Source: Stegostoma tigrinum
Lineage: Eukaryota
Direction: 5' to 3'
DNA length: 64,000 nucleotides
Assembly (NCBI RefSeq): GCF_030684315.1
Contig: NC_081391.1
Coordinates: 13,865,342 to 13,929,341 of the forward strand
In this document: in pieces, positions 63,282 through 64,000 of the stretch
Layout: every line of letters begins with the position of its first letter
Position numbering within the stretch: the stretch's first letter is position 1
Made by a program: the position numbers and the translations under genes
Notes under the pieces: generated by a model
Told to the model about the DNA's origin: nothing
What the model saw: only the letters and a program-made list of their open reading frames with translations
The model's database searches: none

Positions 63282-64000
63282 GTTTCAGATTAAACTGGGT
63301 GAGGTTGTGACTGGTATCTGATCAAGCAGATCTCCATTTGAGATCTACTTTGCTTTTTTTCATACTCATGAGGTGGGTGTGGGCTGTCTGTATATGAAGT
63401 GTTGGAGCTTTTCCAAGGCACGGCACTGCCGTGGGGCTGAGAATGTGCGGAGGGTACTGACCCAGTGAATATGGAAAAAATAGCTTATTCCTGTTGTATT
63501 TGGCCTGACTCGAAACTAACTAGCCCCTCTTTCCCCAGGTGGTTGGGTGCCTGTGCCCTTCCAAGGGGTAGAATGTGTTTAGAAGTAACCTTAGTGAGTG
63601 TTGCCGGGTGCTCTCTGGGCTTGTGCTTGTCAGCAGGAAGTCCTGTCATGATGAGGATCAAGTCCCTGTCAGCCCCACTTTGGGAGGTGGCAACAGCTTT
63701 CATTGAGCCAGCAGTTCAGTTTTAATCGCTGACCCATGTTCCTAACACAACTTGGAAGCATGTCCCAAGAGTAAAATCTCCACTATTCTACATCTTCTAA
63801 CTGCCCATTTAAATGGGCAATGATAAATTGTGCTTGTGTTTGCATTTGACAATTAAAGCAACTTTTTTCAGCAGGATTCCCAAGAATGTGTGTCTTAGTA
63901 GCTGCTTCCAATAGCAGACCTGGTAAACCTGAATACATTGAATTGTGAACATCCTGGTTTAGAAATCTACAGGACTTTGCCTGTTGGATTAAGTCAACAG

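Overview
Vertebrate genomic DNA, most likely from a shark or other elasmobranch, judged from the HE1/V-SINE-like SINEs, CR1 LINEs and Penelope-like elements. The window is a head-to-tail tandem array of at least nine + strand ferritin genes, labelled A-I here; A and I run off the window edges. Each full copy has four exons (102/147/126/156 nt, 176 aa). B, F and G look intact. C is intact apart from a GC donor, D has lost its promoter and is degenerating, E has a 1-nt frameshift, and H is a clear pseudogene. Every readable copy carries L-chain-type substitutions at the ferroxidase centre (E62K and Q141E in human H numbering) while keeping E27 and E107, and H65 in all but pseudogene H. No copy has a 5'-UTR iron-responsive element. 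Instead they share a conserved promoter with a nuclear-receptor DR1, CCAAT boxes and a TATA box. The array was built by higher-order duplications (1-14.3 kb recurs at 39.9-54.0 kb; 33.7-38.0 kb recurs at 59.7-64.0 kb). Intergenic and intronic DNA holds CR1 fragments, V-SINEs, a decayed Penelope-like element, and short fold-back Penelope-derived insertions with 14-15 bp target-site duplications. One of these carries an intact minimal hammerhead ribozyme core. All alignments were made by eye.
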